In this document: one piece after another, positions 44,713 to 57,428 of the stretch
Numbering within the stretch: the first letter of the stretch is position 1
Layout of the letters: every line of letters begins with the position of its first letter
Origin: Bacilli bacterium
GTDB lineage: Bacteria > Bacillota_I > Bacilli_A > RF39 > UBA660
Reading direction: 5' to 3'
Length of the DNA stretch: 61,616 nucleotides
Assembly (NCBI GenBank): GCA_016283075.1
Contig: JAEEMF010000069.1
Location: 1 to 61,616 of the forward strand
The notes under the pieces: generated by a model
Databases searched by the model: none
What the model saw: only the letters and a program-made list of their open reading frames with translations
What the model was told of the DNA's origin: nothing
Program-made: the position numbers and the translations under genes

Positions 44713-46749
44713 ATGAAAATTTGTTTAGTTCATGAGGAATACCCTGATGAGACGAATTTTGGTGGTATAGCAACTTATCAAAAATATTTAGCAGAGAACT
44801 TAGTAAAAAAAGGTCATGAAGTTACAGTTATCTGTAGAGGTCTTAAAGAATATAGTGATAAAGTTATAAATAAAGTAAGAGTAATACGTATTTATAATGA
44901 AGAAACTGAAGATATTTATAATAATTATTATAAATATAGAGAACTAGTTTCCGATAAACTATTAGAGCTTCAAAATCATAATGAAATAGAAATAATTGAA
45001 GTTCCAGACTGGGGAGCAGAAACCGTTCTATTTGAAAAATATCGTAAGATACCACTAGTAGTAAGACTTCATACTCCTTTAGTTATTTGGAGTGAATATA
45101 ATAAGTCTAAACTAGATGATAGTATTCATAAAACTATGCTTAAATGGGAAAAGAAAATGATTGAAAGTGCTGATAAAGTAGTATCATGTACGGAGATTTT
45201 AAAAAATCTTGTAATAGATAAGATGAATCTAACTAGAACTGATATAGATGTAATACCTAATCCATCTAATGTAGATTACTTTATTTCTAAAAAAGATATA
45301 AAGAAGTTAAAATCAAAGACTATTTTATATTGTGGTAGTATAGAACAAAGAAAAGGAGTAATCCTTCTTGCTGAGGCTATTCCTACTATTATAGAAAAAC
45401 TAGGTAATGTTAAATTCTTATTTGTCGGAAAAGATACTACTAGAAATGATAAAAATATATCTACAGTAGAATATATAAAAGAAATAGTACCTAAGAAATA
45501 TCATAAGAATTTAGAATTTAAAGGACAACTTTTAAATAGTGATCTTGTTAAAATATATAATAGTTCTGCTATAGGAGTATATCCATCTTTATTTGATAAC
45601 TTTCCTTATGTAGTACTAGAAAGTATGGCTTGTTCTCTACCATTTGTTGGAAGTATTAATAGTGGTATGAAAGAAATGACCGCTAACTCTAAATACTTAT
45701 ATGATGCTAAAACAAGTGAAGATTTAGCAAACAAAGTAATAGAACTATATAATAATAAAGAAGATAGAGAAGCTTTATCTAAAGAGCTAAGAGAAAGAGT
45801 AATAAGTGAATATAGCTCTGATATAGTAACTGATAAGTTTATTAAGATGTATAAGAATGCTATAAATAACTATAACTCTACAATGATAAAATCTGTTTTT
45901 AGAGATGATATTAAAGAAGAAATAACTGATTTAAAACGTATAGAAGGTGGTATAGCTAATATAGTATATTTAGTAACAACACCTAAAAATAAATATGTAG
46001 CTAAAATATATCGTAAATGTATTGATAGAAAAGCAACTGAAGAATTTATAAAAGTATGTAATAAAAATAATATAAGTGTACTTAATTCTATAAATAGTAC
46101 TTTCTATGAAATAGGTAATTCATGTTTATGTATTTATGAATATATAGAAGGTAAACATATTAAAAAACTTACTAATCCTCAAATAGAAAGTATTATGGAC
46201 TTTATAAAGATAGATAAAACTACAAATATTAAATGTAATACACTTCTTGATAAAGTTAATTTCTATTACGATGAACTAAGAAATATGGAAACTAAAAAAG
46301 TAGATCGTAATATAATAGATGAACTTTTAAGAAGATATATGAAATTACAAAACTATAGTATATTCTATGATAATGAAATAATACACGGAGATTTAACACC
46401 TACAAATATTATTTGGAATGATAAAGGTTTTACAATTATAGATTTAGATGAAGCTACTATCTTTACTAAGTTATATGACTTAGTAGTATTTGCTATTAAA
46501 TTTAGTAAAACTGGTAAAGATATAGATATTAAACTTGCTAAAAAGATATTAAAACCTTTTGATAAATATACTAAGATAGATATTATTAATATATGGAATT
46601 TCTATATATTAAAAGTACTTATGGAAAAGATTTATCTATATGAAATAGGTAAAATAGATTTATTAGATGAAGTACAAAAACAAGATAACTGGGAAGACTG
46701 GTATTCTATTTTAAATAATGGAGTAATAGAAGATATCTTAAATAAATAA
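44713..46749 (+). CDS. fusion protein: GT4 glycosyltransferase (N-terminal) plus APH/choline-kinase-like phosphotransferase (C-terminal)
   Basis: N-terminus has FGGIATY and FPYVVLESMACSLPFVGS (GT4 E-x7-E region). C-terminus has VAKIYRK (Lys) and IIHGDLTPTNIIW...IIDLDEA (HGDxxxxN...D kinase motifs). Confidence 0.75.
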   Translation: MKICLVHEEYPDETNFGGIATYQKYLAENLVKKGHEVTVICRGLKEYSDKVINKVRVIRIYNEETEDIYNNYYKYRELVSDKLLELQNHNEIEIIEVPDWGAETVLFEKYRKIPLVVRLHTPLVIWSEYNKSKLDDSIHKTMLKWEKKMIESADKVVSCTEILKNLVIDKMNLTRTDIDVIPNPSNVDYFISKKDIKKLKSKTILYCGSIEQRKGVILLAEAIPTIIEKLGNVKFLFVGKDTTRNDKNISTVEYIKEIVPKKYHKNLEFKGQLLNSDLVKIYNSSAIGVYPSLFDNFPYVVLESMACSLPFVGSINSGMKEMTANSKYLYDAKTSEDLANKVIELYNNKEDREALSKELRERVISEYSSDIVTDKFIKMYKNAINNYNSTMIKSVFRDDIKEEITDLKRIEGGIANIVYLVTTPKNKYVAKIYRKCIDRKATEEFIKVCNKNNISVLNSINSTFYEIGNSCLCIYEYIEGKHIKKLTNPQIESIMDFIKIDKTTNIKCNTLLDKVNFYYDELRNMETKKVDRNIIDELLRRYMKLQNYSIFYDNEIIHGDLTPTNIIWNDKGFTIIDLDEATIFTKLYDLVVFAIKFSKTGKDIDIKLAKKILKPFDKYTKIDIINIWNFYILKVLMEKIYLYEIGKIDLLDEVQKQDNWEDWYSILNNGVIEDILNK

Positions 46750-46777
46750 TTATGATATAATTAATATAGGTGATGAT

Positions 46778-47359
46778 ATGAAAAAAAGAGATCTTGTTTG
46801 TATAGTAGTTAACTTATCGGTAACTATATTATTTACTATACTTTATGTATTTGGAGGATTTAGTAGTAATGTAGCAAACTTTTTTGAAAAAGTAATATAT
46901 TTTTCATTATTTACTATGTATATACTAAGTTCATTCATAGTATATGAAAGAATGAAAGGAAATGAAAAACATTTAAGTTTACTTAACAGAGTTCTAATAG
47001 TATATACATTATCGGCTTTTTTATATATACTTTCATTCTTAGTAAGAAATAGTGTAGCACTATTTATATTTACTGGAGTATTCCTTGCTATATTATTTAT
47101 GTCTATGGTAACTTATACAGCAGTAATATTTAAATTAATTGAGAAGAAAGAAAGAAAAGTTCTTACAAAATTAGTAACAATATTATCAGCAGTATTCTTA
47201 CTTTCATTAGGACTAAGATTTTTAATTAAAACTACTATAGAAGGAAATGTATATGCTGTTACAATATCACTTACACAAGTAATATGTGTTTCAGCACTTA
47301 TTGGTCTTTTAATAATATTCTTTACATATATTATTAGGAAATTAATCCTATTTAAATAA
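46778..47359 (+). CDS. polytopic membrane protein, unknown function
   Basis: About 5-6 hydrophobic helices; AGGTGA RBS. Confidence 0.65.
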   Translation: MKKRDLVCIVVNLSVTILFTILYVFGGFSSNVANFFEKVIYFSLFTMYILSSFIVYERMKGNEKHLSLLNRVLIVYTLSAFLYILSFLVRNSVALFIFTGVFLAILFMSMVTYTAVIFKLIEKKERKVLTKLVTILSAVFLLSLGLRFLIKTTIEGNVYAVTISLTQVICVSALIGLLIIFFTYIIRKLILFK

Positions 47360-47367
47360 AAGCGTAA

Positions 47368-49401
<2,034 letters not shown>

Positions 49402-49403
49402 TT

Positions 49404-49820
49404 ATGGAAAGATTTAAATCAGTAATATGTGTTGATACATTATTTATAAAAGATAATAAAGTACTTCTAATGGAAAGAATAAATACTGGAAATGATGATG
49501 GATACTTTGAACTTCCAGGCGGTCATTTAGAAGAAAATGAAGATTTATTTGATGCAATGATAAGAGAAGCTAAAGAAGAATTACTTATAGATTTAAGTAG
49601 AGATGATTTAGAAATAGTACATGTAATGCATCATTATACTGGTTTACTATTAAATGTTATCTTTAAATGTAATAAAGATATTAATCCTTCTATAGGTGAA
49701 CCAAATAAGTGTTCTAAACTTATTTGGAGTGATATAAATGATTTACCTATAAATACTACTGATAAAGTAAAGAAAATAATTAGTAATATTAATAATGATA
49801 AGTATTATGATTATATGTAA
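49404..49820 (+). CDS. NUDIX hydrolase
   Basis: Nudix box GGHLEENEDLFDAMIREAKEEL. Confidence 0.8.
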   Translation: MERFKSVICVDTLFIKDNKVLLMERINTGNDDGYFELPGGHLEENEDLFDAMIREAKEELLIDLSRDDLEIVHVMHHYTGLLLNVIFKCNKDINPSIGEPNKCSKLIWSDINDLPINTTDKVKKIISNINNDKYYDYM

Positions 49821-49845
49821 AGAAAGATTTTTATCTTTCTTTTTT
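49820..49845 (+). terminator. rho-independent terminator
   Basis: AGAAAGAT / ATCTTTCT stem followed by a T-run. Confidence 0.7.
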
Positions 49846-49906
49846 AGTATTCTATGATATAATAGAAAGCAAGTTAGCAAAAATATGCAAAGATAGGAGA
49901 GATAAT

Positions 49907-51079
49907 ATGGCAATGCCAGATTTACATTGTTTTGATGGAGGACTTAGTCCAAATGAATATGTTGCAAAGAAATTCGATGAATGTATTAAATTAATTGAGT
50001 ATATAAATACTATTTATGATTTAGAGTATGCTTCTAATGATAATGTTAAATTTGCAGCAGCATTAGATTTTGAATCTATAATTAATTGCTTGGATTTAGA
50101 AAATGGCGTAGGTAGTGATGAAAAAGTATTTGATAAAGATGAAAGTTTCATATCTTGTAGAGTAGATAAACTTATAACTATACTAAAGAAGAAAATTGAT
50201 GCTATTAGATATGCTTCTGATTTTGTTTTTCCTGAAATGGACTGCGGAGTTAGTGAACTTGAAAATGAATATAAGGAACTATTAGGAATTCCTGATTTTT
50301 ATTTTGATTTAGTACATCATTTAGAAGCACTTGATGCTATGGAAACATATGGAAAGAAAATATTTTATTCAGATATGCCTGTAAGTCTTGCTGCTAATTT
50401 TTTATATAATGTTATTGAAAATGGGGATTGTTGGCTTTCAGATTTAGAAAATCCTGATAAAAGATTTAATAAAGAAGGATTTAAAAATTATGCTTATAGA
50501 TTAAGATGTTATTTTGATAATAATAAAGACGTTAAAAAAGATATTTTTAATCTTGCTCAATTTTCGGATATAAGCGATCTTAAAGAATTAGGATTTGTTA
50601 TATTTGATGAACCAGAATATCTAGGAGAATTACTTGAAAAGAATAATTTTGTATTTGATTCAAAATTAAGTAAACATGTATCTACTATTATTAATGGTGA
50701 AAAGTTTAAAGAATTATCGCCTGAAGAGAAAACACAATTATATGGAAATCTTTTGGATAATTTAAGTCAAAAAAGTGGAGTAAATGAAAGCCTAACTAGT
50801 TGTGGTGATTTCCCTGATATTGATTTAAAATATGTTTTAGATATTTTAGAGGATTATATATATGAAGGGATTCCTTCTCCAGAAAAATTTGCACATATCA
50901 TTTATGTAGCAATTAATAAATGTAAAGATGTAGAAGAATTAAAAAATCTTCTTGGTTTAATAAGTGATGCTATAAATTCATTAAATTATGATAAGAAAGA
51001 TGCTGCTGAAAAGAAGCATGTTCTTACATTTGCAGCTGGAATGTTAAATGATATGATAAAAGACAAAAGTAGACAATAA
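49907..51079 (+). CDS. acidic cytoplasmic hypothetical protein
   Basis: Long ORF with a GGAGAG RBS and its own terminator; no motif recognised. Confidence 0.6.
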   Translation: MAMPDLHCFDGGLSPNEYVAKKFDECIKLIEYINTIYDLEYASNDNVKFAAALDFESIINCLDLENGVGSDEKVFDKDESFISCRVDKLITILKKKIDAIRYASDFVFPEMDCGVSELENEYKELLGIPDFYFDLVHHLEALDAMETYGKKIFYSDMPVSLAANFLYNVIENGDCWLSDLENPDKRFNKEGFKNYAYRLRCYFDNNKDVKKDIFNLAQFSDISDLKELGFVIFDEPEYLGELLEKNNFVFDSKLSKHVSTIINGEKFKELSPEEKTQLYGNLLDNLSQKSGVNESLTSCGDFPDIDLKYVLDILEDYIYEGIPSPEKFAHIIYVAINKCKDVEELKNLLGLISDAINSLNYDKKDAAEKKHVLTFAAGMLNDMIKDKSRQ

Positions 51080-51094
51080 TAAGTCTACTTTTTT
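51065..51094 (+). terminator. rho-independent terminator
   Basis: AAAAGTAGAC / GTCTACTTTT stem. Confidence 0.7.
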
Positions 51095-51137
51095 ATTTGT
51101 TAGTATGGTATACTTTATAATAGAAAGTAGGGATCAT

Positions 51138-53387
51138 ATGAAAGATATATTAATGATTATGGATGAGTGGGAAGGCTTTAAAGGCTCTAAGTGGAGAAAA
51201 GGTATAAATGTAGAGGATTTTATTAAAACTAATTACACTGAATATACAGGAGATGATAGTTTTTTAAGTGGACCAACTAAAAAAACTACAAAGATATGGG
51301 AAAAGTGTGAGTCCCTTCTTAAAAAAGAACTTGAAAAAGGAGTACTTGATGTAGAAACTGAGATAGTATCAGGTATCAATAATTTTAAACCAGGATATAT
51401 TTCTAGTGATGATGATGTAATAGTAGGACTTCAAACAGATGCGCCTCTTAAAAGAATAGTAAATCCTTTTGGTGGAATGCGTATGGTTAATTCATCGCTT
51501 GAAAGTTATGGATATAAACTTGGTAAAACAATAGAAGAAAACTTTAGTAAATATCGTAAAACTCATAATGAAGGAGTATTTGATGCTTATACTACTGATA
51601 TAAAGAAAGCAAGACATGTAGGACTTTTAACAGGTCTTCCAGATGCATACGGTAGAGGAAGAATAATAGGAGATTATAGAAGAATTGCTTTATATGGTAT
51701 TGACTATTTAATAGAAGATAAAGAAGAAGATTTACTTCTTTTAGAAAAGAAAGAAATAGATGAATATAACATAAGACTTCGTGAAGAAGTAAGTATGCAA
51801 ATAAAAGCTTTAAAAGAAATAAAAGAAATGGCTAAATCTTATGGATTTGATATTTCTTTCCCAGCTAGTAATGCTAAAGAAGCAGTACAGTGGACTTATT
51901 TTGGATACTTAGCAGCAATTAAAGAGAATAATGGAGCTGCCATGAGTCTTGGTAGAACTTCTACATTTTTAGATATCTATTTTGAAAGAGATATAAATAA
52001 TGGAGTTCTTACTGAAGAAGAATCTCAGGAAATAGTAGATAACTTTATTATTAAGTTAAGACTAGCTAGACACCTTAGAACTCCAGAATATAATGAACTT
52101 TTTGCTGGAGATCCAACATGGGTTACTGAGTCTATTGGTGGTATGCTTGATGATAATAAATCACTTGTTACTAAAACAAGTTTTAGATATTTACATACAC
52201 TTACTAATTTAGGTTCTGCGCCAGAACCTAATATGACAGTACTTTGGAGTACAGGACTTCCTTTAAACTTTAAAAAGTACTGCGCTAAAATGTCTATCTT
52301 AACTGATTCAATTCAGTATGAAAATGATGATATTATGAGACCTATACATGGCTCTGATTACGCAATTGCTTGCTGCGTTTCAGCAATGACACTTGGTAAA
52401 CAAATGCAGTTCTTTGGTGCAAGATGTAATCTTGCTAAAGCACTTCTATACTCTATAAATGGAGGAGTAGATGAAGTAAAAGGAGACCTAGTTGTAGAAG
52501 GTTTCGATAAGATGTATGATGAATACTTAGATTATGATAAAGTTATGAAAGCATATGATAAGATGCTTGATAAAGTAGCAAAAACTTACGTTGATGCTAT
52601 GAATATAATACATTTTATGCATGATAAATATGCCTATGAAGCAGGACAACTTGCACTTCATGATACTGATCCAGAAAAACTTATGGCCTTTGGTATAGCA
52701 GGTTTTTCAGTAGCAGTAGACTCTTTATCAGCAATTAAATATGCTAAAGTAAAACCTATTCGTGATAAAGATGGTATTGCTATAGATTTTGAAATTGAAG
52801 GAGATTATCCTAAATATGGTAATGATGATGATAGAGTAGATGAAATAGGTGTAAAACTTGCTAAAACATTCTATAAAAAATTAGCATCTCATAAATTATA
52901 TAAGAATGCTAAACATACACTATCTATTCTTACTATTACATCAAATGTAGTATATGGTAAGAAAACAGGATCTACTCCAGATGGAAGAAAAGCAGGAGAA
53001 CCATTTGCACCAGGTGCAAACCCAATGCATGGTAGAGATGAAAATGGAGCACTAGCTTCACTTAACTCAGTAGCAAAAATACCATATAAAGATTGCTGCG
53101 AAGATGGTATATCAAATACATTCTCTATTATTCCTTCAGCATTAGGACACTCTGATGAAGAAAGAATTAATAATCTAGCAGGAATACTTGATGGATACTT
53201 CTCTCAAGGAGCACATCATTTAAATGTAAATGTACTTAATAGAGAAATGCTTATAGATGCTATGAATCATCCTGAAAAATATCCAACACTTACAATAAGA
53301 GTATCTGGATATGCTGTAAGATTTAATAGATTAACTAAAGAACAACAAAAAGAAGTTATTTCAAGAACATTCCACGGTAAGATGTAA
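51138..53387 (+). CDS. pflB: formate C-acetyltransferase (pyruvate formate-lyase)
   Basis: Glycyl-radical motif RVSGYAVRF, catalytic CC (IACCVSA) and N-terminal WEGFKGSKW. The ORF-track ATG 51105 lies inside a TGGTATACT promoter element, so 51138 is preferred. Confidence 0.9.
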   Translation: MKDILMIMDEWEGFKGSKWRKGINVEDFIKTNYTEYTGDDSFLSGPTKKTTKIWEKCESLLKKELEKGVLDVETEIVSGINNFKPGYISSDDDVIVGLQTDAPLKRIVNPFGGMRMVNSSLESYGYKLGKTIEENFSKYRKTHNEGVFDAYTTDIKKARHVGLLTGLPDAYGRGRIIGDYRRIALYGIDYLIEDKEEDLLLLEKKEIDEYNIRLREEVSMQIKALKEIKEMAKSYGFDISFPASNAKEAVQWTYFGYLAAIKENNGAAMSLGRTSTFLDIYFERDINNGVLTEEESQEIVDNFIIKLRLARHLRTPEYNELFAGDPTWVTESIGGMLDDNKSLVTKTSFRYLHTLTNLGSAPEPNMTVLWSTGLPLNFKKYCAKMSILTDSIQYENDDIMRPIHGSDYAIACCVSAMTLGKQMQFFGARCNLAKALLYSINGGVDEVKGDLVVEGFDKMYDEYLDYDKVMKAYDKMLDKVAKTYVDAMNIIHFMHDKYAYEAGQLALHDTDPEKLMAFGIAGFSVAVDSLSAIKYAKVKPIRDKDGIAIDFEIEGDYPKYGNDDDRVDEIGVKLAKTFYKKLASHKLYKNAKHTLSILTITSNVVYGKKTGSTPDGRKAGEPFAPGANPMHGRDENGALASLNSVAKIPYKDCCEDGISNTFSIIPSALGHSDEERINNLAGILDGYFSQGAHHLNVNVLNREMLIDAMNHPEKYPTLTIRVSGYAVRFNRLTKEQQKEVISRTFHGKM

Positions 53388-54091
53388 TGATAGGATATAT
53401 AGATTCTGTTGAAACAATGGGTCTAGTCGATGGACCTGGTATAAGATTTGTTACATTCTTAAAAGGATGTAAATTAAGATGTTTATTCTGCCATAATCCA
53501 GAAACATGGACTAAAGATGGTGCACTTGAAATAACTAGTGAAGAACTACTTAAAAAAATACATAAGTATCATGCTTATTATACTGATGGAGGAGTTACCT
53601 TCTCGGGAGGAGAACCACTTCTTCAGCCAGACTTTCTTATAGATATATTAAAAAAATGTAAGATGATTAATTTACATACTGCTATTGATACAGCAGGAGT
53701 AGGTATAGGTAAATATGAAGAAATACTTAAGTATACTGATTTAGTAATACTTGATGTAAAAGCCTATACTGAAGATAAATATAAATATATAACAGGTGTA
53801 AATGCTGATATGTCTGAATTTAATAAGTTTTTAGACGTATGTCAAAAACTAGATAAGAAGTTATGGATAAGACAAGTAATAGTACCTGGTATAAATGATA
53901 CTGAAGAATATATATTAGGACTTAAAGAATATTTAAAAAATATTAAGAATATTGAAAGAGTAGAACTTCTTCCATATCATACAATGGGAGTACCTAAATA
54001 TCATAAACTTGGTATACCTTATAAATTAGAAGGTGTACCTGATATGGATATAAATAGATGTAAAGAATTAGAAAGAATTCTTAATAGATAA
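53387..54091 (+). CDS. pflA: pyruvate formate-lyase activating enzyme (radical SAM)
   Basis: CKLRCLFCHNP (CxxxCxxC). Start overlaps the pflB stop by 1 nt. Confidence 0.9.
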   Translation: MIGYIDSVETMGLVDGPGIRFVTFLKGCKLRCLFCHNPETWTKDGALEITSEELLKKIHKYHAYYTDGGVTFSGGEPLLQPDFLIDILKKCKMINLHTAIDTAGVGIGKYEEILKYTDLVILDVKAYTEDKYKYITGVNADMSEFNKFLDVCQKLDKKLWIRQVIVPGINDTEEYILGLKEYLKNIKNIERVELLPYHTMGVPKYHKLGIPYKLEGVPDMDINRCKELERILNR

Positions 54092-54094
54092 TAC

Positions 54095-54123
54095 TTGACA
54101 AATATAACCTTTAAAAGTAGAAT
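54095..54123 (+). promoter_or_regulatory. promoter TTGACA-17-TAGAAT for the proS leader
   Basis: -35 at 54095-54100 and -10 at 54118-54123. Confidence 0.6.
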
Positions 54124-54129
54124 TATAGA

Positions 54130-54322
54130 CATAAAGCAATGACTGGGACATAATTATTATGATACTTTTAAAGAGAGTAGATGGCTGGTGTAAATCTATA
54201 AAGTTAGTAATGATTCCTACCCATGAGTGGAATGTAAACATTCCCGGCGATGAGTCGTTATCAAATTAAGTTAAATAGAGGATGGCACCGCCTTATAGGC
54301 TCCTTTGCTGTTCTCTTTTTTT
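54130..54322 (+). promoter_or_regulatory. T-box leader, probable Pro specifier (CCU at 54216-54218)
   Basis: AGAGA and GCUGGUG stem-I elements. T-box AGAGGATGGCACCGCC (54277-54292). Terminator hairpin followed by a T-run. Confidence 0.8.
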
Positions 54323-54343
54323 ATTTTTATAGGAGGTAATAAT

Positions 54344-55768
54344 ATGGAAAATAATAAAAGTATAACTAAAAGAGATGTTGACTTTGCAAAATGGTATACA
54401 GATGTAGTAAGAGCTGCTCATTTAGCAGATTATTCTAGTGTAAAAGGATGTATGGTTATTGAACCAAATGGATATGCTATTTGGGAAAAGATGCAAGAAA
54501 TACTTGATAAGAAGTTTAAAGAACTTGGACATGTTAATGTAGCAATGCCAGTTTTTATACCAGAAAACTTACTAAAAAAAGAAGGAGAGTTAGTACAAGG
54601 ATTTGCTCCAGAAGTAGCATGGATTACTAAAGGAGGATCTAAAGACCTTGAAGAAAGACTAGCATTTCGTCCAACAAGTGAAACTTTATTCTGTGACTAT
54701 TACAAAGATCATATTGCTTCATATAGAGATTTACCTAAATTATATAATCAGTGGTGTAATGTAGTAAGATGGGAAAAAGAAACTAGACCATTCTTAAGAT
54801 CAAGAGAGTTCTGGTGGCAAGAAGGTCATACTATTCATGAAACTGAAGAAGAAGCTATTAAAGAAACACATCAAATGATGGATGTATATAGATGGTTCCA
54901 TCATGAAATACTTGCTATACCTACAATTAATGGTGTTAAAACTGAAAAAGAAAAATTTGCCGGAGCAGAATTTACTTTAACAAACGAAGCACTTATGTAT
55001 AATGGTGTAGCACTTCAAGCAGGAACTAGTCATTATTTTGGACAAAAGTTTGCTAAGGCATATGATGTTAAATTCTTAAATAGAGAAAATAAACTTGAAT
55101 ATGTATATCAAACTTCTTGGGGAACTACTACTCGTATGATAGGTGGACTTATAATGGTACACTCAGATGATAAAGGATTAGTTTTACCACCAAGAATTGC
55201 TCCAAAACAAGTCGTAATTATTCCAATTAAAGATACTGAAGAAGTAACTACTTTATCAAATGAAATATGTACTAGATTAAATGAAAATGGTATTGTTACA
55301 TATATTGATAATACTGAGAAGAGTGCTGGATTTAAATTTGCAGAAGCAGAAGTAAATGGTATTCCAGTAAGAATAGAAATAGGACCTAGAGATTTAGAAC
55401 AAAATAAAATTACTTTTGTAAGAAGAGATACATCTGAAAAGTATACAGTAGATAAAGATATAGACGTTGTAAACTATGTATCTAATTTACTTGAAACTAT
55501 TCAAAATGATATGTATACAAGAGCAGTAGAAAGAAGAGATAAACTTACATTTACTGCTAAGACTTATGAAGAAATGAGAGATATTCTAAATACTCAACCA
55601 GGATTTATACATGCTGATTGGTGTGGAGACCAGGATTGTGAATTAAAAGTAAAAGAATTAAAAGGATGTAAATCTAGATGTATTAGCGAAGAACCACTTA
55701 TTACTGGTAAATGCGTAGTATGTGGTAAAGAAGCTAAACATCATGTTATTTGGGGATTACAATACTAA
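54344..55768 (+). CDS. proS: proline--tRNA ligase (archaeal/eukaryote-like short type)
   Basis: N-terminal DFAKWYTDV, class II motifs and C-terminal Cys cluster (CGDQDCE...CVVCGK). ATG 54344 follows AGGAGG. The ORF-track start lies inside the T-box terminator. Confidence 0.9.
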   Translation: MENNKSITKRDVDFAKWYTDVVRAAHLADYSSVKGCMVIEPNGYAIWEKMQEILDKKFKELGHVNVAMPVFIPENLLKKEGELVQGFAPEVAWITKGGSKDLEERLAFRPTSETLFCDYYKDHIASYRDLPKLYNQWCNVVRWEKETRPFLRSREFWWQEGHTIHETEEEAIKETHQMMDVYRWFHHEILAIPTINGVKTEKEKFAGAEFTLTNEALMYNGVALQAGTSHYFGQKFAKAYDVKFLNRENKLEYVYQTSWGTTTRMIGGLIMVHSDDKGLVLPPRIAPKQVVIIPIKDTEEVTTLSNEICTRLNENGIVTYIDNTEKSAGFKFAEAEVNGIPVRIEIGPRDLEQNKITFVRRDTSEKYTVDKDIDVVNYVSNLLETIQNDMYTRAVERRDKLTFTAKTYEEMRDILNTQPGFIHADWCGDQDCELKVKELKGCKSRCISEEPLITGKCVVCGKEAKHHVIWGLQY

Positions 55769-55787
55769 GACTCGTAAGAGTCTTTTT
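55767..55787 (+). terminator. rho-independent terminator
   Basis: AAGACTC / GAGTCTT stem followed by a T-run. Confidence 0.7.
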
Positions 55788-55834
55788 CTTTGCGTGTAAA
55801 TGTGTTATAATCTTGTTAGTTAGGAGTTTTTTAC

Positions 55835-56548
55835 ATGAAGAAAAAGTTTATTGCATTAGCATTCTTATTACTTGTTTTTGTAGCTAGTATTGTTTATTTA
55901 ATAAAAATTAATACTAAGTTTGAATCAAGTGTTACAGATGCTGAATCATTTAAAAAAGAATATGAAGTATTAAATGGGGAACTAGTTGGTAATACTGATA
56001 AAATATATAGAGAAGTTACTATTGATGAAAATAATACAGTAGTACTTTCTAATTATAGTGATATAGTAAGTAGAATAAATAATAAAGAGACATTTATCGT
56101 ATACTTTGGATTTGCTAAATGTCCATGGTGTAGAAGTGTTATAGAAGTATTCTTAAATGAAGCTAAAGAAAATAATATAAACGTATATTATGTAGATGTA
56201 TATTCAAATAGAGATACTTATGAATTAGTAGAGAAAGTTCCTACTAAGAAAAATGATGCTTCTAAAGAATATTATGAATTACTTAAGAAGTTAGATTCAC
56301 TTTTAAGTGACTATAATTTAACAGATGAAGATGGTAATAAAGTACCAGTAGGTGAAAAAAGAATATATGCACCTAATATGGTAGCAGTAGTAGATGGTAA
56401 ACCAATGTATCTTACTACTGGAGTAAGTCCTCTTCAAAATGATGCTTATATGGCACTTACTGATGAAATGATTAATTATTCCAAAGAAGAATTTAATAAA
56501 TTATTTAGTTATTTAGAAGAAACTAAATGTACATCAAAAGGATGCTAA
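55835..56548 (+). CDS. membrane-anchored thioredoxin-fold protein
   Basis: N-terminal signal/anchor and a CPWC redox motif. Confidence 0.7.
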   Translation: MKKKFIALAFLLLVFVASIVYLIKINTKFESSVTDAESFKKEYEVLNGELVGNTDKIYREVTIDENNTVVLSNYSDIVSRINNKETFIVYFGFAKCPWCRSVIEVFLNEAKENNINVYYVDVYSNRDTYELVEKVPTKKNDASKEYYELLKKLDSLLSDYNLTDEDGNKVPVGEKRIYAPNMVAVVDGKPMYLTTGVSPLQNDAYMALTDEMINYSKEEFNKLFSYLEETKCTSKGC

Positions 56549-56563
56549 TAAGCATCTTTTTTA
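56541..56563 (+). terminator. rho-independent terminator
   Basis: GATGCT / AGCATC stem followed by T6. Confidence 0.65.
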
Positions 56564-56609
56564 TTGCTTTTTAAAGTAATTTGTTTTATCATTATAATAG
56601 GTGAAGGAT

Positions 56610-57416
56610 ATGAAAAGAGAGGACAGTATTAAGTTACAAGATTTAAAAATGCATACTAATTTTTCTTATAACATTGCATCTGGAAGAATAACATCTCTTC
56701 GTGTCTTTCTAGATAAAAATGGTAATAAGTATAAGAAACAAGTATTAGAAACTTTAGACTATTTAAAATACTTTTTAAATGAAAAATATTCTAAAGTATT
56801 AAATCCATATGATAGTAAGTCTAAAACTATTTTAGAAGAATATTTAAATAGATTAGATGAAGATTTATTTAAGTTACTAGGATTACATGTTACTATAGCA
56901 TCACTTCTTAAAATATATACAAATACTAAATTTGGTAAAAAAGATAAAGAGTTTTGTGAATATATAAAAGATATGAAAGGTGATACTCCATATGACTTTT
57001 CTTCTTATTTAGAAGAAATGAAAAATAGTACTAAAAATCTTAGTACTGGATCATATGAATCCTTAGAAGCAGTACTTTCTAAATATATTAGAAGAATGAA
57101 TAGAGCACTTAATATAAAAGAAAGTCCTATTACTATAGAAGACGGTATAATAAAAAGTGATGATGAATCTTTCTATTTTAAAAATAAAATATTATTTGAT
57201 TCAGAATCACTATTTGGAAGTTTCTCTAGTATGTTAGAAAGTATTAAAAATTCTATTATAAATTTAGTTAATAATTTAAAAGAATTATATAAGTTTATAA
57301 AAGTAAATGATAATACTAAAGATGAATTAGGTACATCTTTTACAGGTATCTCTATAGTAGATGCTATTGAAAGATTAAGATCTAATAAAGTTACATATCA
57401 AAAAAGCAGGTTATAA
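56610..57416 (+). CDS. hypothetical protein
   Basis: ATG lies 5 nt after AGGTGA (ORF track gives GTG 56601). No motif recognised. Confidence 0.6.
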   Translation: MKREDSIKLQDLKMHTNFSYNIASGRITSLRVFLDKNGNKYKKQVLETLDYLKYFLNEKYSKVLNPYDSKSKTILEEYLNRLDEDLFKLLGLHVTIASLLKIYTNTKFGKKDKEFCEYIKDMKGDTPYDFSSYLEEMKNSTKNLSTGSYESLEAVLSKYIRRMNRALNIKESPITIEDGIIKSDDESFYFKNKILFDSESLFGSFSSMLESIKNSIINLVNNLKELYKFIKVNDNTKDELGTSFTGISIVDAIERLRSNKVTYQKSRL

Positions 57417-57428
57417 ACCTGCTTTTCT
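57401..57428. terminator. bidirectional terminator between convergent genes
   Basis: AGCAGGTT / AACCTGCT stem flanked by A-run and T-run. Confidence 0.7.

Noticed and set aside
44864-45055. Minus-strand ORF inside the GT4-kinase gene; likewise 49146-49364 inside ligA
   Set aside because: These are embedded antisense ORFs within genes that have clear motifs.
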